From the NCBI GenBank assembly GCA_963758295.1, contig CAVWUU010000001.1, positions 704,001 to 768,000 on the forward strand: 64,000 nt of DNA, given 5' to 3'. Position 1 is the first letter of the stretch. Every line of letters begins with the position of its first letter. Shown piece by piece: positions 1 through 10,845 of this stretch. This stretch comes from Candidatus Eremiobacteria bacterium. GTDB lineage: Bacteria; Vulcanimicrobiota; Vulcanimicrobiia; Vulcanimicrobiales; Vulcanimicrobiaceae. The notes beneath the pieces are model-generated. The model searched no databases. It saw nothing but the letters and a program-made list of their open reading frames with translations, and was not told the DNA's origin. The translations under genes were made by a program, and so were the position numbers.

Positions 1-155
1 TTTTAACGCGCATAATCGCCGATCTACACCGCGCATACGGATGACATGGCGAAAGCTACTGAAGCGCTCGCCGGAGTCGCTGTGGTCTTAACCCGCGAGC
101 CACTCTGACGAGCGGGTGATGCGCCCTAATGTACTGCTCGAGCCCTTGGAGAGTC

Positions 156-1694
156 TTAAGCCGCGCGGCCGTCCAGCCGTTCCAAGCTGCGGTACTGGAT
201 TGCCTCGGCAACGTGCTGAGGTGCAATGACGGCATCGCCTGCAAGGTCCGCAATGGTGCGGGCGACGCGGGCAATGCGGTCGAGTGCGCGCGCGGAGAAT
301 TGTCGCTTTGCGCTCGCGTGCGCAAGGAGTCGCAGCGCGGCTTCGTCGAGCATGCAGTAGCGCTTCATTCCGCTGGACGGAATTTCCGCATTGCACGCGA
401 TAGCCGTGCCGGCATAACGTTCCGCCTGTAGACCTCGCGCCGCCACCACGCGCTCACGAATAGTTTTCGAATGCTCGGCGCCTTCGTGTTTCACCATGTC
501 GTCGAACGGCACGCGCGCGATTTCGATTTGTAAATCGATACGGTCGAGCAGCGGTCCCGACAGTTTGCCAACGTAGCGTGAAACGGCGCCGTCGTCACAT
601 CGGCACTCCGTCGTACGGGTCCCACGATATCCACATGGGCAGGGGTTCATCGAAGCGACGAGTTGGAAGCGCGCGGGATATGTGAACGTCCCGGCGGCAC
701 GCGATATCGTGACGGTGCCTTCCTCGAGCGGCTGCCGCATAACTTCGATCGCGCTGCGGCTGAACTCAACCAGTTCGTCCAGGAAAAGCACACCATGATG
801 CGCGAGCGAGATTTCTCCCGGGCGCACGGCGGCACCGCCGCCAACGAGCGCCGTTTGCGAAATAGTGTGGTGCGGAGCGCGGAACGGCCTAGCATTGACG
901 ATTGAGGTTTCGCCGGTGAGGTAGCCGGCAACGCTGTAAATTTTCGTAACGTCGAGCGCCTCCGCGGGCGTCATTGGCGGAAGAATCGATGGTAAACGGC
1001 GCGCCAGCATCGTTTTGCCGCAGCCGGGCGGTCCCACGAATAACAAGTTGTGGCCGCCCGCAGCGGCGATTTCAAGGCCGCGTTTAGCGGCAAGCTGGCC
1101 GCGGACATCCGCAAGATCTCCGTAAACCAATTCGTCCACCGGTTCTATCGGCGGAGTGATCGTGCGCTGCCGCCACTTGGCGCCATTGCCCAGAAGGACG
1201 GCAACCGACGACTGGAGTGAATCAACGGCGTACAGCTCCGTGCCTTCAACGAGCGCTGCTTCTCGCGCGTTGGCTTCCGGCACGAGAAGTTTAGTAAACC
1301 CGGCGTTGCGCGCGCCGAGCACCATGGGGAGTATGCCTTGCACCGGACGAAGCGTTCCGTCTAGTGCAAGTTCGCCCAGGACGATAAAATCTTGCAACAC
1401 GAGGCGGTCGATCTGTTCGTCGATCGCTAAGAGTGCCATCGCGATCGCAAGATCGAATGCGGGGCCTTCTTTGCGGACGTCGGCGGGCGAAAGATTCACC
1501 AGCAAACGTCCGGCGGGGTACATGAAACCGGAATTGACGATCGCGGCGCGCACGCGTTCGCGAGCTTCATTCAACGCGCGATCGGGCAGCCCAATAATCG
1601 CAAACGCGGGACTCCCTGGTGCGGTATCCGCCTCGACGCGAACGACGTAACCTTCGATGCCGAGCATACCGGCGGAAAACGAGAGCGAGAGCAT
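156..1694 (-). CDS. comM: YifB/ComM family Mg-chelatase-like AAA+ ATPase
   Basis: 512 aa ORF; IIGLPD..EARERVR, NLSPADVRKEG, Walker A GPPGCGKT, RPFRAPHH, GEISLAHHGVLFLDE, MNPCPCG. Confidence 0.93.
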   Translation of the reverse strand: MLSLSFSAGMLGIEGYVVRVEADTAPGSPAFAIIGLPDRALNEARERVRAAIVNSGFMYPAGRLLVNLSPADVRKEGPAFDLAIAMALLAIDEQIDRLVLQDFIVLGELALDGTLRPVQGILPMVLGARNAGFTKLLVPEANAREAALVEGTELYAVDSLQSSVAVLLGNGAKWRQRTITPPIEPVDELVYGDLADVRGQLAAKRGLEIAAAGGHNLLFVGPPGCGKTMLARRLPSILPPMTPAEALDVTKIYSVAGYLTGETSIVNARPFRAPHHTISQTALVGGGAAVRPGEISLAHHGVLFLDELVEFSRSAIEVMRQPLEEGTVTISRAAGTFTYPARFQLVASMNPCPCGYRGTRTTECRCDDGAVSRYVGKLSGPLLDRIDLQIEIARVPFDDMVKHEGAEHSKTIRERVVAARGLQAERYAGTAIACNAEIPSSGMKRYCMLDEAALRLLAHASAKRQFSARALDRIARVARTIADLAGDAVIAPQHVAEAIQYRSLERLDGRAA

Positions 1695-1789
1695 GCGATA
1701 CGCTACTGTGACGCGGCGTCGCGAACGCTATGGTGGACGCACCCGCGGGAAAAAGGAACCGCTGTTGCAGCGCGCGCAACCATCTCGCC

Positions 1790-2434
1790 ATGCTGAAACC
1801 GATCGTTGAACTCGAACGCCGCGTTGCCGTTTCGCCCGAGCCGCATTCGGTGGCGACGGATGGCACGACGATGTGGGTCGCTTCTCGAGCTACGCGCAAG
1901 ATCGACGAGATCGACGTGAAGACGTGGCAGAAGAAGGGTGAGATCGACCCGCCGGGCATGCCCTGGGGCATGACTTACGATGGCGGCGCCCTAGTTATGA
2001 CGTGCGGCGAACCGCCCGACGACAACCGTTTCGTCCGCCGGTACGCGGAAGGGCGCTTCGAGGCCGGGGTGCCGTGCCCACAGGATACCGGCTCGCACGT
2101 GGCTGTCCATGGGGACGACGTGCTGCTTGCCCAATGGTATAACCAGCAGCTGCTGCGCTTAGACCGGGCGGGTCGAGCGGTTCAGGCGTACACCGCCCCG
2201 CATGGGATTGCGGGGGTCGCGGTGGCGGGTGAGAGCGCATACCTGGTGACGACGGATGACGAGGACCAGGGCGACTACTGGGTGACGCGCGTCGACCTGT
2301 CGGACGGCACCGCAGTCGATGTGGCGCGGATTCCATTCAAGGCGCGTGGCCTCGCCTGGGACGGCGCGCGATTCTGGACGAATCATCGTGAAGCCGACCG
2401 GACGGTCGCTTTTCGCCTTCCGGACGAAGCTTAG
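1790..2434 (+). CDS. hypothetical protein, probable beta-propeller (glutamine cyclotransferase/YncE-like)
   Basis: Repeated blade-like motifs (SVATDGTTMWV, GMTYDGGALVM, GLAWDGARFWT); ATG 1790 preferred over 1730. Confidence 0.55.
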   Translation: MLKPIVELERRVAVSPEPHSVATDGTTMWVASRATRKIDEIDVKTWQKKGEIDPPGMPWGMTYDGGALVMTCGEPPDDNRFVRRYAEGRFEAGVPCPQDTGSHVAVHGDDVLLAQWYNQQLLRLDRAGRAVQAYTAPHGIAGVAVAGESAYLVTTDDEDQGDYWVTRVDLSDGTAVDVARIPFKARGLAWDGARFWTNHREADRTVAFRLPDEA

Positions 2435-2654
2435 AGGGCGGAGGTTGTTGGCCGCCCCCGCTGCTATTCATAACATGCCTGCCCGTGGGCCGAGTAGCCG
2501 GATCAACGAGACTTTAGTAGCTTTTTGACCGTATTTTTACGCCAATTCTCCACAGATTGCACAAGCGAACGTCAGATGTTGTGGACAACGAAGATGGGCG
2601 TTAGTGTTCCGCGAAGATGCGGAAACCGAATTTTTTAAGGCCGAGGAGAAGCAT

Positions 2655-3623
2655 TTGAAACATAGCCGTTCTTTCGCCGTCGTTACCTTGTGCGTGGCGC
2701 TGGCCGCCTGTTCGAACAATTCAAGCTCGAACGCTCAATCGGGCTCGTCGGCTTCCCCGGGCGCTTCGGCAGCCGCGGGTTCCAAGACGATCGGCGTTTC
2801 GATTCAAAATCGAGAAGCGCAGTTCTACCAGGACATGGAGAACGGCATGAAAGCCGAGGCTGCAAAATACGGCTATCACGTCACGGTCGTCGACGCGAAC
2901 CGCGACAACGCTAAGCAGCAGAGCCAAGTCGAAGACTTTATTTCGAACAAAGTCGACGCGATCGTGCTCACTCCGTACGACTCCACGGCCATCGGCAGCG
3001 CCATCGTCGAGGCAAACAAGGCCAACATTCCGGTCTTTACAGCCGATATCGCGAGCACGGCCAAACAAGGCACGATCGTGGCTCACATCGCGAGCGACAA
3101 TTTTCAGGGCGGCGGTCAGGCCGGCTTGCTTATTTGCAAGGCCGTGAAGTCCGGCCCGGTCGCGATCATCGACGAGCCGGAAGTGACGAGCGTTCAGGAT
3201 CGGGTGAAAGGCTTCCGCGCCTCGATCAAGGCCAATTGCCCGTCGGTCACAGTCGTTGCCGACATCGATGCCGGCGGCGCGCGCGATAAAGCCAACAGCG
3301 TTACCGGCGACGTGCTCCAGTCGCACAAAGACCTTAAAGGCATCTTCGGGATCAACGACGATTCGGCACTCGGTGCCCTTACGGCGGTAAAAGCGGCGGG
3401 TCTGAACGGCAAGCTCGCCATCGTGGGCTACGACGCTTCACCGGAAGCGCGCGCGGCGATCAAGCGCGGCGACATGGTCGGCGACGCGCTTCAGTATCCG
3501 GATCAAATCGGCGCACTGACGATCGACACGATTCACGATTACTTCAACGGCAAACAGCCGGCGAAGACAGTCGACGTGAAAGTCGGCTCGTACACGCAAG
3601 CCGACGCGGCAAAGGCTCAGTAA
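2655..3623 (+). CDS. rbsB: sugar (ribose-type) ABC transporter substrate-binding lipoprotein
   Basis: GAGGAG SD then TTG 2655; lipobox LAAC; IASDNFQGG, GINDDSALGA, IVGYD motifs; substrate not certain. Confidence 0.85.
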   Translation: MKHSRSFAVVTLCVALAACSNNSSSNAQSGSSASPGASAAAGSKTIGVSIQNREAQFYQDMENGMKAEAAKYGYHVTVVDANRDNAKQQSQVEDFISNKVDAIVLTPYDSTAIGSAIVEANKANIPVFTADIASTAKQGTIVAHIASDNFQGGGQAGLLICKAVKSGPVAIIDEPEVTSVQDRVKGFRASIKANCPSVTVVADIDAGGARDKANSVTGDVLQSHKDLKGIFGINDDSALGALTAVKAAGLNGKLAIVGYDASPEARAAIKRGDMVGDALQYPDQIGALTIDTIHDYFNGKQPAKTVDVKVGSYTQADAAKAQ

Positions 3624-3645
3624 GATCGACAACGCCACCCCGTTA

Positions 3646-5130
3646 TTGGAAATGCGCGGCATCGGGAAAAGCTTTCCCGGTGTCCGCGCGCTTTCCGACG
3701 TTTCGCTGACGTTATACGGCGGCGAAGTTCTTGCATTGGTCGGTGAAAACGGTGCCGGCAAATCGACGCTGATGAAGATTCTCGCGGGCGCGCAGCCGGC
3801 GGATGCGGGAACGATTTCCGTCGACGGAAAGCTCGCGCAAATCGACTCACCGTGGGCCGCCGAACGGCTCGGCATCGGCATGATCTACCAAGAGTTCAAC
3901 TTGGTGCCCCAATTCACGGCTATCGAAAACATCGTCCTCGGCGTCGAACCGCGCCGGGGCGTTTTGTTAGACGAAAATGCCGCGCGCCAAAGCGCGAAAA
4001 AAATTGTCGATGAATTGGGGATGGAGCTTTCGCTCGATGAGCCGGCGTCACGCATGTCGGTCGGACAGCAGCAGATGATCGAAATCGCGAAAGCGCTTTC
4101 GAAACGCGCGCGAATCATCGTTATGGACGAGCCGACGGCGGCGCTTTCGGATCGTGAAATCGACCGTCTCTTCGCGCTTATCGTGCGTCTCAAAGCGAGC
4201 GGCGCCGGCATCATCTACATCTCGCATCGCATGGAAGAGTTGCCGAAGATCTCGGATCGCATCACGATTCTGCGCGACGGTCAGGCGATCGAAACGCGAA
4301 AGACCGTGGATTTTCCACAGAACGATATCATCCGCGCCATGGTCGGGCGTCCGCTCGACGCGCACTTTCCGGACTTAACCCCGGTCGCGGCCGATGCGCC
4401 GGTCGTGCTGAACGTGCAGCATTTGAATCGCAGCGGTATTTTGCACGACGTCTCGTTCCAAGTCCGTGTCGGGGAAATCGTCGGGCTCGCGGGACTGGTC
4501 GGCGCAGGGCGTACGGAGACGTTACGCTGCGTTGCGGGCGCGGACGTTGCGGATACCGGAACGATTTCGGTCGACGGAAAAGTGCATAAGATGCGCGAGC
4601 CCAGCGACGGCATCGCTGCCGGCATCGCGTTTATCACCGAAGACCGCAAGGGACAAGGCCTCGTTCTCGGGATGACCGTGCGCGAGAATGTTACGCTTGC
4701 ACACTTGGCGCAGTTTGTAAATCGCGAGATGCTGGTTGACGAAAATCGCGAGAAGAGTGCAACGGAACGCATGATCGACGAGTTGCGGATTCGCACGCCC
4801 GGGGCCGAGCAGATCGTACGCAATCTTTCGGGCGGCAATCAACAGAAGGTCGTTCTCGCAAAATGGTTGCTGGGCAAAGCCCGTGTCTTTCTTTTCGACG
4901 AGCCGACGCGAGGCATCGACATCGGCGCGAAAACCGAAATTTACACGCTCATGCTAAACCTCGTTCAGAACGGAGCCGCCATCGTAATGGTCTCGAGTGA
5001 GTTGCCGGAAGTGCTCGGTATGTCGCATCGCATTCTGGCGGTGCGCGGCGGGCAGATCGTTCGCGAGTTCTCGCGGGCCGAAGCAACGCCCGATGCGGTG
5101 ATTGCGGCGGCAACCGGGGCGGCTGCATGA
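3646..5130 (+). CDS. rbsA: sugar ABC transporter ATP-binding protein (two ABC domains)
   Basis: GENGAGKS, MDEPT, GLVGAGRTE, LSGGNQQKV, FDEPTRG. Confidence 0.92.
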   Translation: MEMRGIGKSFPGVRALSDVSLTLYGGEVLALVGENGAGKSTLMKILAGAQPADAGTISVDGKLAQIDSPWAAERLGIGMIYQEFNLVPQFTAIENIVLGVEPRRGVLLDENAARQSAKKIVDELGMELSLDEPASRMSVGQQQMIEIAKALSKRARIIVMDEPTAALSDREIDRLFALIVRLKASGAGIIYISHRMEELPKISDRITILRDGQAIETRKTVDFPQNDIIRAMVGRPLDAHFPDLTPVAADAPVVLNVQHLNRSGILHDVSFQVRVGEIVGLAGLVGAGRTETLRCVAGADVADTGTISVDGKVHKMREPSDGIAAGIAFITEDRKGQGLVLGMTVRENVTLAHLAQFVNREMLVDENREKSATERMIDELRIRTPGAEQIVRNLSGGNQQKVVLAKWLLGKARVFLFDEPTRGIDIGAKTEIYTLMLNLVQNGAAIVMVSSELPEVLGMSHRILAVRGGQIVREFSRAEATPDAVIAAATGAAA

Positions 5131-6134
5131 GCGATCCGAAAGTTCGCGCGTACTGGCTGCGCATTGCCGCAGCTCTCGCGGTCCTCGTCGTTTTGATTGC
5201 CATCGTCAACGTGGCGGCCCATGGCGCGTTTTTGCAGCCCGGAAACATCGTTCGGGTTTTGCGGCAAATTACGTATAACTGCATCCTCGGCGTGGGTCAG
5301 ACGTTCGTCATCATAACCGGCGGCATCGACCTTTCGATCGGCTCGCTCGTGTCGCTCACCGGCGTCGTAATGGCGCTCGTCGCGAACTCCTTGCATCTCC
5401 TCCGGGCTCCCGTTGCTCATCGTGACGCTGATCGCCGGGCTCGCCGTCGGGCGCCGCGGCAGGTTGGGTCAACGCGATTCCCGTCGTAAAGCTGAATCTT
5501 CCGCCGTTCATTACCACGTTCGCGATGCTGGAAGTTACGCTCGGCCTTTCCTATATTCTCTCGCACGGACGCCCGGTGGCGTTGCAAACCGACGCATTTT
5601 CCGGCGTGGGTTTCGGTTCGTTCCTTGGCGGCGTGACCAATGCGCTGCATCTTCCCAACATCCCGATCCCGGTCGTCTGGATGGTGGTCGTCATCGTCGT
5701 CGCTTCCATTCTGCTTATGCGCACGCGCTACGGACGCTATGTCTTTGCGCTGGGCGGCAATCAAGAAGCGGCGCGCCTTGCCGGCGTGAACGTCGTCGCG
5801 TGTAAAGACGCTCGTGTACGTGATAAGCGGCATGTGCGCGGCCGTGGTCGGGTTTTTGTATATGTCGCTCTTTTCGTCGGGATCGCCGCAAACCGGCACC
5901 GGCGACGAATTGCTCGAAGCTATTGCCGCGGTTGTCGTCGGCGGCACGAGCCTAATGGGCGGCGAAGGCTCGATCGTCGGAACGTTCTTCGGGGCGTTGT
6001 TGATCGGATTACTTTATAATGCGATGAATTTGCTCAACATCGATTCCTATCTGCAGAAGGTCGTCCTCGGCGTCGTCATTCTCTTGGCCGTTGTGCTCGA
6101 CCAGCTCCGGAAACGCTATTTCGCCCGCGCGTAG
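5127..6134 (+). CDS. rbsC: sugar ABC transporter permease; three single-base insertions (near 5400, 5450, 5802), probably sequencing errors
   Basis: Fragments in successive frames: GGIDLSIGS, LPPFITT, YGRYVFALGGNQEAARLAG, IAAVVVGGTSLMGGEG; ATGA overlap with rbsA. Confidence 0.85.
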
Positions 6135-6141
6135 TCCTGCG

Positions 6142-7401
6142 ATGCAAGCGTCTCATCCGCTCTTAGCCAAGCACTGGATCCCGCCCGGCGCGCTTGGATT
6201 CGCCCAGCTTGCGCAGGGCGTGTCTTGGCCGATGCTCGCCTTTGCGGCGCTGCATGGCGATACGGCATCGCTCACTCCCTTAGCGATTGCATGGATTCAC
6301 ACTGTGGCGCTCGGGTGGCTAACGATGGCCGCGCTTGGCATCCTCGTGCACGTCGTGCCTGCGTTCACGGACTTGCCGTGGAGAGGGGAACGCATCGTAC
6401 GTGGTTCGCTCGTACCGTTCGCGGGCGGGGTGGTATTGTTCGTAGTTGGCTGGCTGACGCATTTTGCCGTCATGCAGCTTGGCGCCGCGCTAATGCTTGC
6501 CGGATTCGGCGCGTATTACTTCGTTGCGATGCGAACGCTCGCGCACACCGCCGGAGTGGAACCCACGGAGGGCGCTATCGCGCGAGCGCTACGAATCAAC
6601 CTCAGCGTGCTCCTTGTGGTCGTCATTCTCGGCGCCCTTATGGCGTTGGCGTTCACGGTCCCCGCGCTCTCCGCAGTCCTCGCGCGTACGCCGCCCGTCC
6701 ACGCGAATTTCGCCATCTACGGTTGGATTACGATGCTCGTCTTCGGCGTCTCCGCTCGAACGGTCCGTCCGATCACCGGCAATCGCTCGCGCTTTACGTG
6801 GATTCACATCGTCACCGGAACGTCGCTCTTAATCGGGCCGATCCTAACGGCAATCGGGATCTTCGGCGGCTTGCCGGGCGTCACGCTCGCCGGTGCCGCG
6901 TTTCTTGGGTTGGCAACGCTCGTCTACGCGTTCGACGTCGTCGACATTCTGCGAGGCGCTACCGTGAAGCACCGTCCACCGCAAGCGTTCATCGGCGCCG
7001 GCATTTTTTGGCTTCTCGTTTCAACGGCGCTTGCGGCCGCTGCGATTGCGGGCGTGCCCTGCTGGAATGCGTTTGTCTTCGTGGTGCTCATGGGCTGGGC
7101 CGGTCAAATGGTGAACGCGCACTTTTTCCACATCGGCATTCGGCTTTTGGCAACGGTGTATCGCGGAGAAGAAGACGAAACGCGCCCGGGCGAAGTGCTC
7201 GATGCGCGCCTGTCATGGTCCTGTTTTGCAGCGATGCAGAGTGCCGTCGCATTGTGCGCGGGCGGCCTGTTCTTTGGAACTTCATCGGCCATAGCTGCGG
7301 GCGCCGCATGCGGATTTGCCGGATGGCTGCTTTTTCTGGCGAACGCGAGAACGGCCGTTACGAACTTGCGCGCGTTGCCGATCGATTTGCTATCGCGGTA
7401 A
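6142..7401 (+). CDS. polytopic membrane protein, NnrS/heme-copper oxidase subunit I-like
   Basis: About 12 hydrophobic segments with His in helices (WIHTVALGW, VHANFAIYGW..GV). Confidence 0.6.
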   Translation: MQASHPLLAKHWIPPGALGFAQLAQGVSWPMLAFAALHGDTASLTPLAIAWIHTVALGWLTMAALGILVHVVPAFTDLPWRGERIVRGSLVPFAGGVVLFVVGWLTHFAVMQLGAALMLAGFGAYYFVAMRTLAHTAGVEPTEGAIARALRINLSVLLVVVILGALMALAFTVPALSAVLARTPPVHANFAIYGWITMLVFGVSARTVRPITGNRSRFTWIHIVTGTSLLIGPILTAIGIFGGLPGVTLAGAAFLGLATLVYAFDVVDILRGATVKHRPPQAFIGAGIFWLLVSTALAAAAIAGVPCWNAFVFVVLMGWAGQMVNAHFFHIGIRLLATVYRGEEDETRPGEVLDARLSWSCFAAMQSAVALCAGGLFFGTSSAIAAGAACGFAGWLLFLANARTAVTNLRALPIDLLSR

Positions 7402-7714
7402 GTTCGAAGCGTGCTCCGAAGAGCAACGTCCCGGAGCCGATGAAAGCGCGCGCCGGCAGCGGCGGCTTGAAATAGGTAAGATAGACGGCGTTGAACGCTT
7501 CGAAATGCGAAACGTCGGGCGTGAAAATCGTAACCGAAACGATGTGATCCATGGTGAGGCCGTGCCGCTCCAGCACCTTTTGGAGATTGCGCAGAAGCAA
7601 ATGCGCTTCGTCGTCGAGAGCGGCCGGCGGAACGCGCGAGGCGTCCACGCCGATTTGACCCGAGATGTAGAGCGTGTCTCCTGCGCTCACTGCATCGCTA
7701 AACGGCAGCTGCAT
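7358..7714 (-). CDS. RidA/YjgF family enamine-imine deaminase
   Basis: PFSDAV..GDTLYISGQIG, FNAVYLTYF..PLPARA, ARFEL; start at ATG 7714. Confidence 0.88.
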   Translation of the reverse strand: MQLPFSDAVSAGDTLYISGQIGVDASRVPPAALDDEAHLLLRNLQKVLERHGLTMDHIVSVTIFTPDVSHFEAFNAVYLTYFKPPLPARAFIGSGTLLFGARFELTAIANRSATRASS

Positions 7715-7721
7715 GGCGTTC

Positions 7722-8391
7722 CTAAAACGGAAAGTCGTTCTGCGTGAGACCCGCGTTCGCTTTGAAATCGGTGAACGATTGATCGAGCACGATCGCATCG
7801 CCCGCATAGCTGATTTGACGCAACGGCCAGTGCGTTTCTTGCGAAAGATAGAGTTTGCGCTCGGTGATCCCTTCGTTCGACGCCGGATCGGCAACTTTCA
7901 GGTCGATCAGATCCGTGTCTTGCCCGTCGATTTTGCCACCCGCGCTCTGCTTCAGATCGCCTTTGGTATTTTCGAAAAGAGCGACGATGTTTTGCGGAAG
8001 ACCGTCAGGAATCGTGTAGCCGCGAAGCGAGGTGGCGCGGCTGTCATGCAGGCTGACTTTCAGGTGGAAGTGCGAGAGAATGCCGCCCTGGTGTCCGCTG
8101 ACTTGATCGCCGCCGGCCCAAACGCCGCCCGAGCCGCTGTTCGCGCCCGACTCGATGAGCGTCTTCGCAAAGTGCGGCTTCATGAACGAATAGTCGATAA
8201 ACGCGGTCTTGCACGTCGGTGCCCTTTACTTCGTGCGAGTGAAGCTTATACGTGAAGTCGTTGGCTTTGGCGAACGCTTCATCGAACGCTTCGATCGCGG
8301 GCGTGGTATTGGCGCGCCGACGCGATGCGAGCCGGATGCAAGCATTGCCGACGTGTACGGCAATGCCGCAAGGATCAGTGCGAATGTTCAT
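7722..8391 (-). CDS. exported LolA-like / outer-membrane lipoprotein-sorting fold protein, frameshifted
   Basis: GGAGG SD before ATG 8391; two ORF fragments join near 8197; C-terminus KLYLSQETHWPLRQ..FTDFKANAGL..F typical of the LolA/LppX fold. Confidence 0.55.
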
Positions 8392-9015
8392 AGTTCCTCC
8401 CTCGTAGTTGAGCTGTCGTTTCTTCGACAAGGAGCGTTCCGTGTTTGCCTTCAACGCCGATCAGCACGTCGCATTTTGCATCGGCGGCGATTTCTTCGAT
8501 CGTCCGGCCCAAGCGGCGCGCCCGTATATTTTCCTTCGCGGAACGATCCGAGGATGATGCAGTTCGGCTTTCTCGCGCTTTGCGAGGTCGAGCACGGCTT
8601 GTTTCGTCGAACGCGCTTTGACGGTCTCGGTCCGCAGAGTAACGCCGTTGTTGGTGGCAATCGTTTCGGCCGCGCCCAGGGCGTCGAGCGCTGCGCGTTC
8701 CTCCGATCGGCATTTCGGCGTCGGGAGGCAGCGTGTACGGAACCTCGATCACGTAGATCGCGAAGAGCTCCGAGCGTTCGCCGCGCGCAACTTCGCTGCC
8801 AGCGCCATCATATGGCCGGAAAGAATATCGGGCGAAAAGACGACCATGATGCTGCCCACCATCCGCTCGAGTTCGCTTTCGGCTTCTTCGCGAGCCGTTG
8901 CACGAACGAGGCCGGCGGATGCAGCATCCACCAAATCGTTGCACCGATCGCGGCGGCGATGATGATCGCGATGACTGCGCCGGCGATCGTCATATGGACG
9001 GTGCCGCCATGCGAT
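8375..9015 (-). CDS. membrane-anchored universal stress protein (USP), multiply frameshifted; boundaries approximate
   Basis: N-terminal TM (IAGAVIAIIIAAAIGATIWW), IYVIEVPYTLP, CIILGS, LGRTIEEIAADAKCDVLI spread over three frames. Confidence 0.65.
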
Positions 9016-9201
9016 CATCGATGCGCCCTCAGCGCTGCGCAATCTGGCGCAAGCCGGTAGAACGCCGAGCGCCATCATCGCGACACCGAGGACAAGTCCC
9101 GGCACGATTGCAAGCGACAGGCCCGTGCCGTCATCCGGACGATGATGACTGCACCGATGACGATCATGGCGAAGGCGAGAACGCGCGCGCAACGTCAGCA
9201 T
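9014..9201 (-). CDS. small two-helix membrane protein, frameshifted; boundaries approximate
   Basis: Hydrophobic fragments (FAMIVIGAVIIVRM; GLSLAIVPGLVLGVAMMALGV) between the APC and USP genes. Confidence 0.35.
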
Positions 9202-10834
9202 CAGAGGCCTCCGCCTTCGCGCGGCGTTCGTCGCTCGCTTTGAACGTTGGCGATGTACTCGTCCATCAGTTCGAGCTCGCCGGCGCGGCGGAGGATACCG
9301 ATTTGTTCGTCGCGCCAATCGCGCTTGCTGCGAGCGGAAGCACCGGCAAACTTTTGCGCTTGCGGTAGATGAAGTAGATGCACAAGGCCCGAGCACGATC
9401 CACGCCGGGACCGAAGACGCGGCCGATCGGATGCGTGATCATCGTGAAGACGAGGATCGCGACGATGCCGAAGAATCCGAGGACCGCGATGACGCGGAAA
9501 TTCGACGCGCTCGCCGCGGAACGGTAAGCGGAATGTTGAACGGAATTTTGAACTTGCGCGGGCTCAACGGATCGAAGAGTCGCAGCGCGACGAGCGCAAC
9601 GAAGACGAACGAGTAGCTCGTCGCGGCGCCGAATGCGTAGAGGTCGCCGAGGAAATCGATGCCGCTTTCACCGTTGAAGCGCGTCGCGTAGACGCTCGCC
9701 ATGCGGGATCGAGCGAGGGCAGCGCCGCAAAAATCACCTCGAGCAGCGCCAGCGCCGGTAAAGACCAGCAGCGAGACGATCGGCGTGCGGAACTTCGGAT
9801 GCACGCGCTGGAAAACCGAAGGCAGAAGACTGCCGCTCGCCATCGCATAGGCGATGCGCGAGCTGCCGAACACGCCCGAGTTCGATGAGATCAGCAGCAG
9901 AATCGCGCCCAGCACCGGAACGTAGAGCGCCGCAACGGCGCCCCAATAGGGCACTTGCGCCGCAATGAGTGCAACGGCTTTGCCGTTATTTTCGTTGTTG
10001 CCCAGCCACTGCCAGAGTTGTTGCGCATGACCGTTGCGCATCGACCGGGATCTGATGCCACGTGTGCATGCCGAGCGCGAGGTTGGAGTACGACAAGGCA
10101 AAGATCAGAATGGTTAGAATCAGGGCGACCGACGTTCGCGGAATGATTGAAGCCGGGCGCTGCGTCTCTTCGGCTGCTTGCGAAATCGACTCGAGGCCCA
10201 CGAAAGACACGATGGCCAGCGAAATGCCCTTCATGAAGTCCATCGGAGCCGGCCAGCTATTTTGCATCGTATGCACGAGCAGATGCGGATCGAACGCAAA
10301 GAGAAAGCCGAGCGCGAGAATCGCCGTTTCGCTTACGATATCGAGCGCGCTGACGAATCCGTTGAACGCCGTAGATTCACGAACACCGATAAAGTTCAGC
10401 GAGCACAGCCCGGCGATAAGCGACACGACGAGCGCCAAGTGAGCCCAGGGGTGGTTCGTTACCGAAAGAATCGGCAGCAGCTGGCTTAGGTAATCCGTGG
10501 CGCTCCACGAGAAGAGCGCAATGTCGATCGTGAAGTCGAGCAACACCGCCCAGCCGGCAATAAAGCCGAAAATATCGCCGAGGCCGCGTGCGACGAAATA
10601 CTGTCCGCCGCCGGCCACGGGATAGGTCGCGGCAAGTTCCGTGTACGCGAGGCCAATGCAGATATACACCAAGCCGGCAAAAAGAAACGCGACGTTCGAA
10701 GCGCCGGCGGCCGCGCCAAGCACCAGTCCGAGACCTACGAAGATGTCGGCGCCGACATCCGAGTAGCCCCAAGAGAAAGAACCCCAGGGCGTGACGGAGC
10801 GGCGAAGCTCCGGTTTGTGATCCGTCTTCGACAT
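9201..10834 (-). CDS. APC family amino acid permease, multiply frameshifted
   Basis: YTELAATYPVAGG, FIAGWAVLLDF, SFVGLESISQAAEE, SSRIAYAMA..LLP..F.RVHPKFRTP, LYAFGA. Confidence 0.82.
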
Positions 10835-10845
10835 GCCGTTTCTTT

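Noticed and set aside
46..125. Hammerhead-like words (CGAAA, CTGACGAG) and an imperfect hairpin at the window start
   Set aside because: Stems I and II cannot be formed around the core; the hairpin is more simply a terminator or repeat beyond comM
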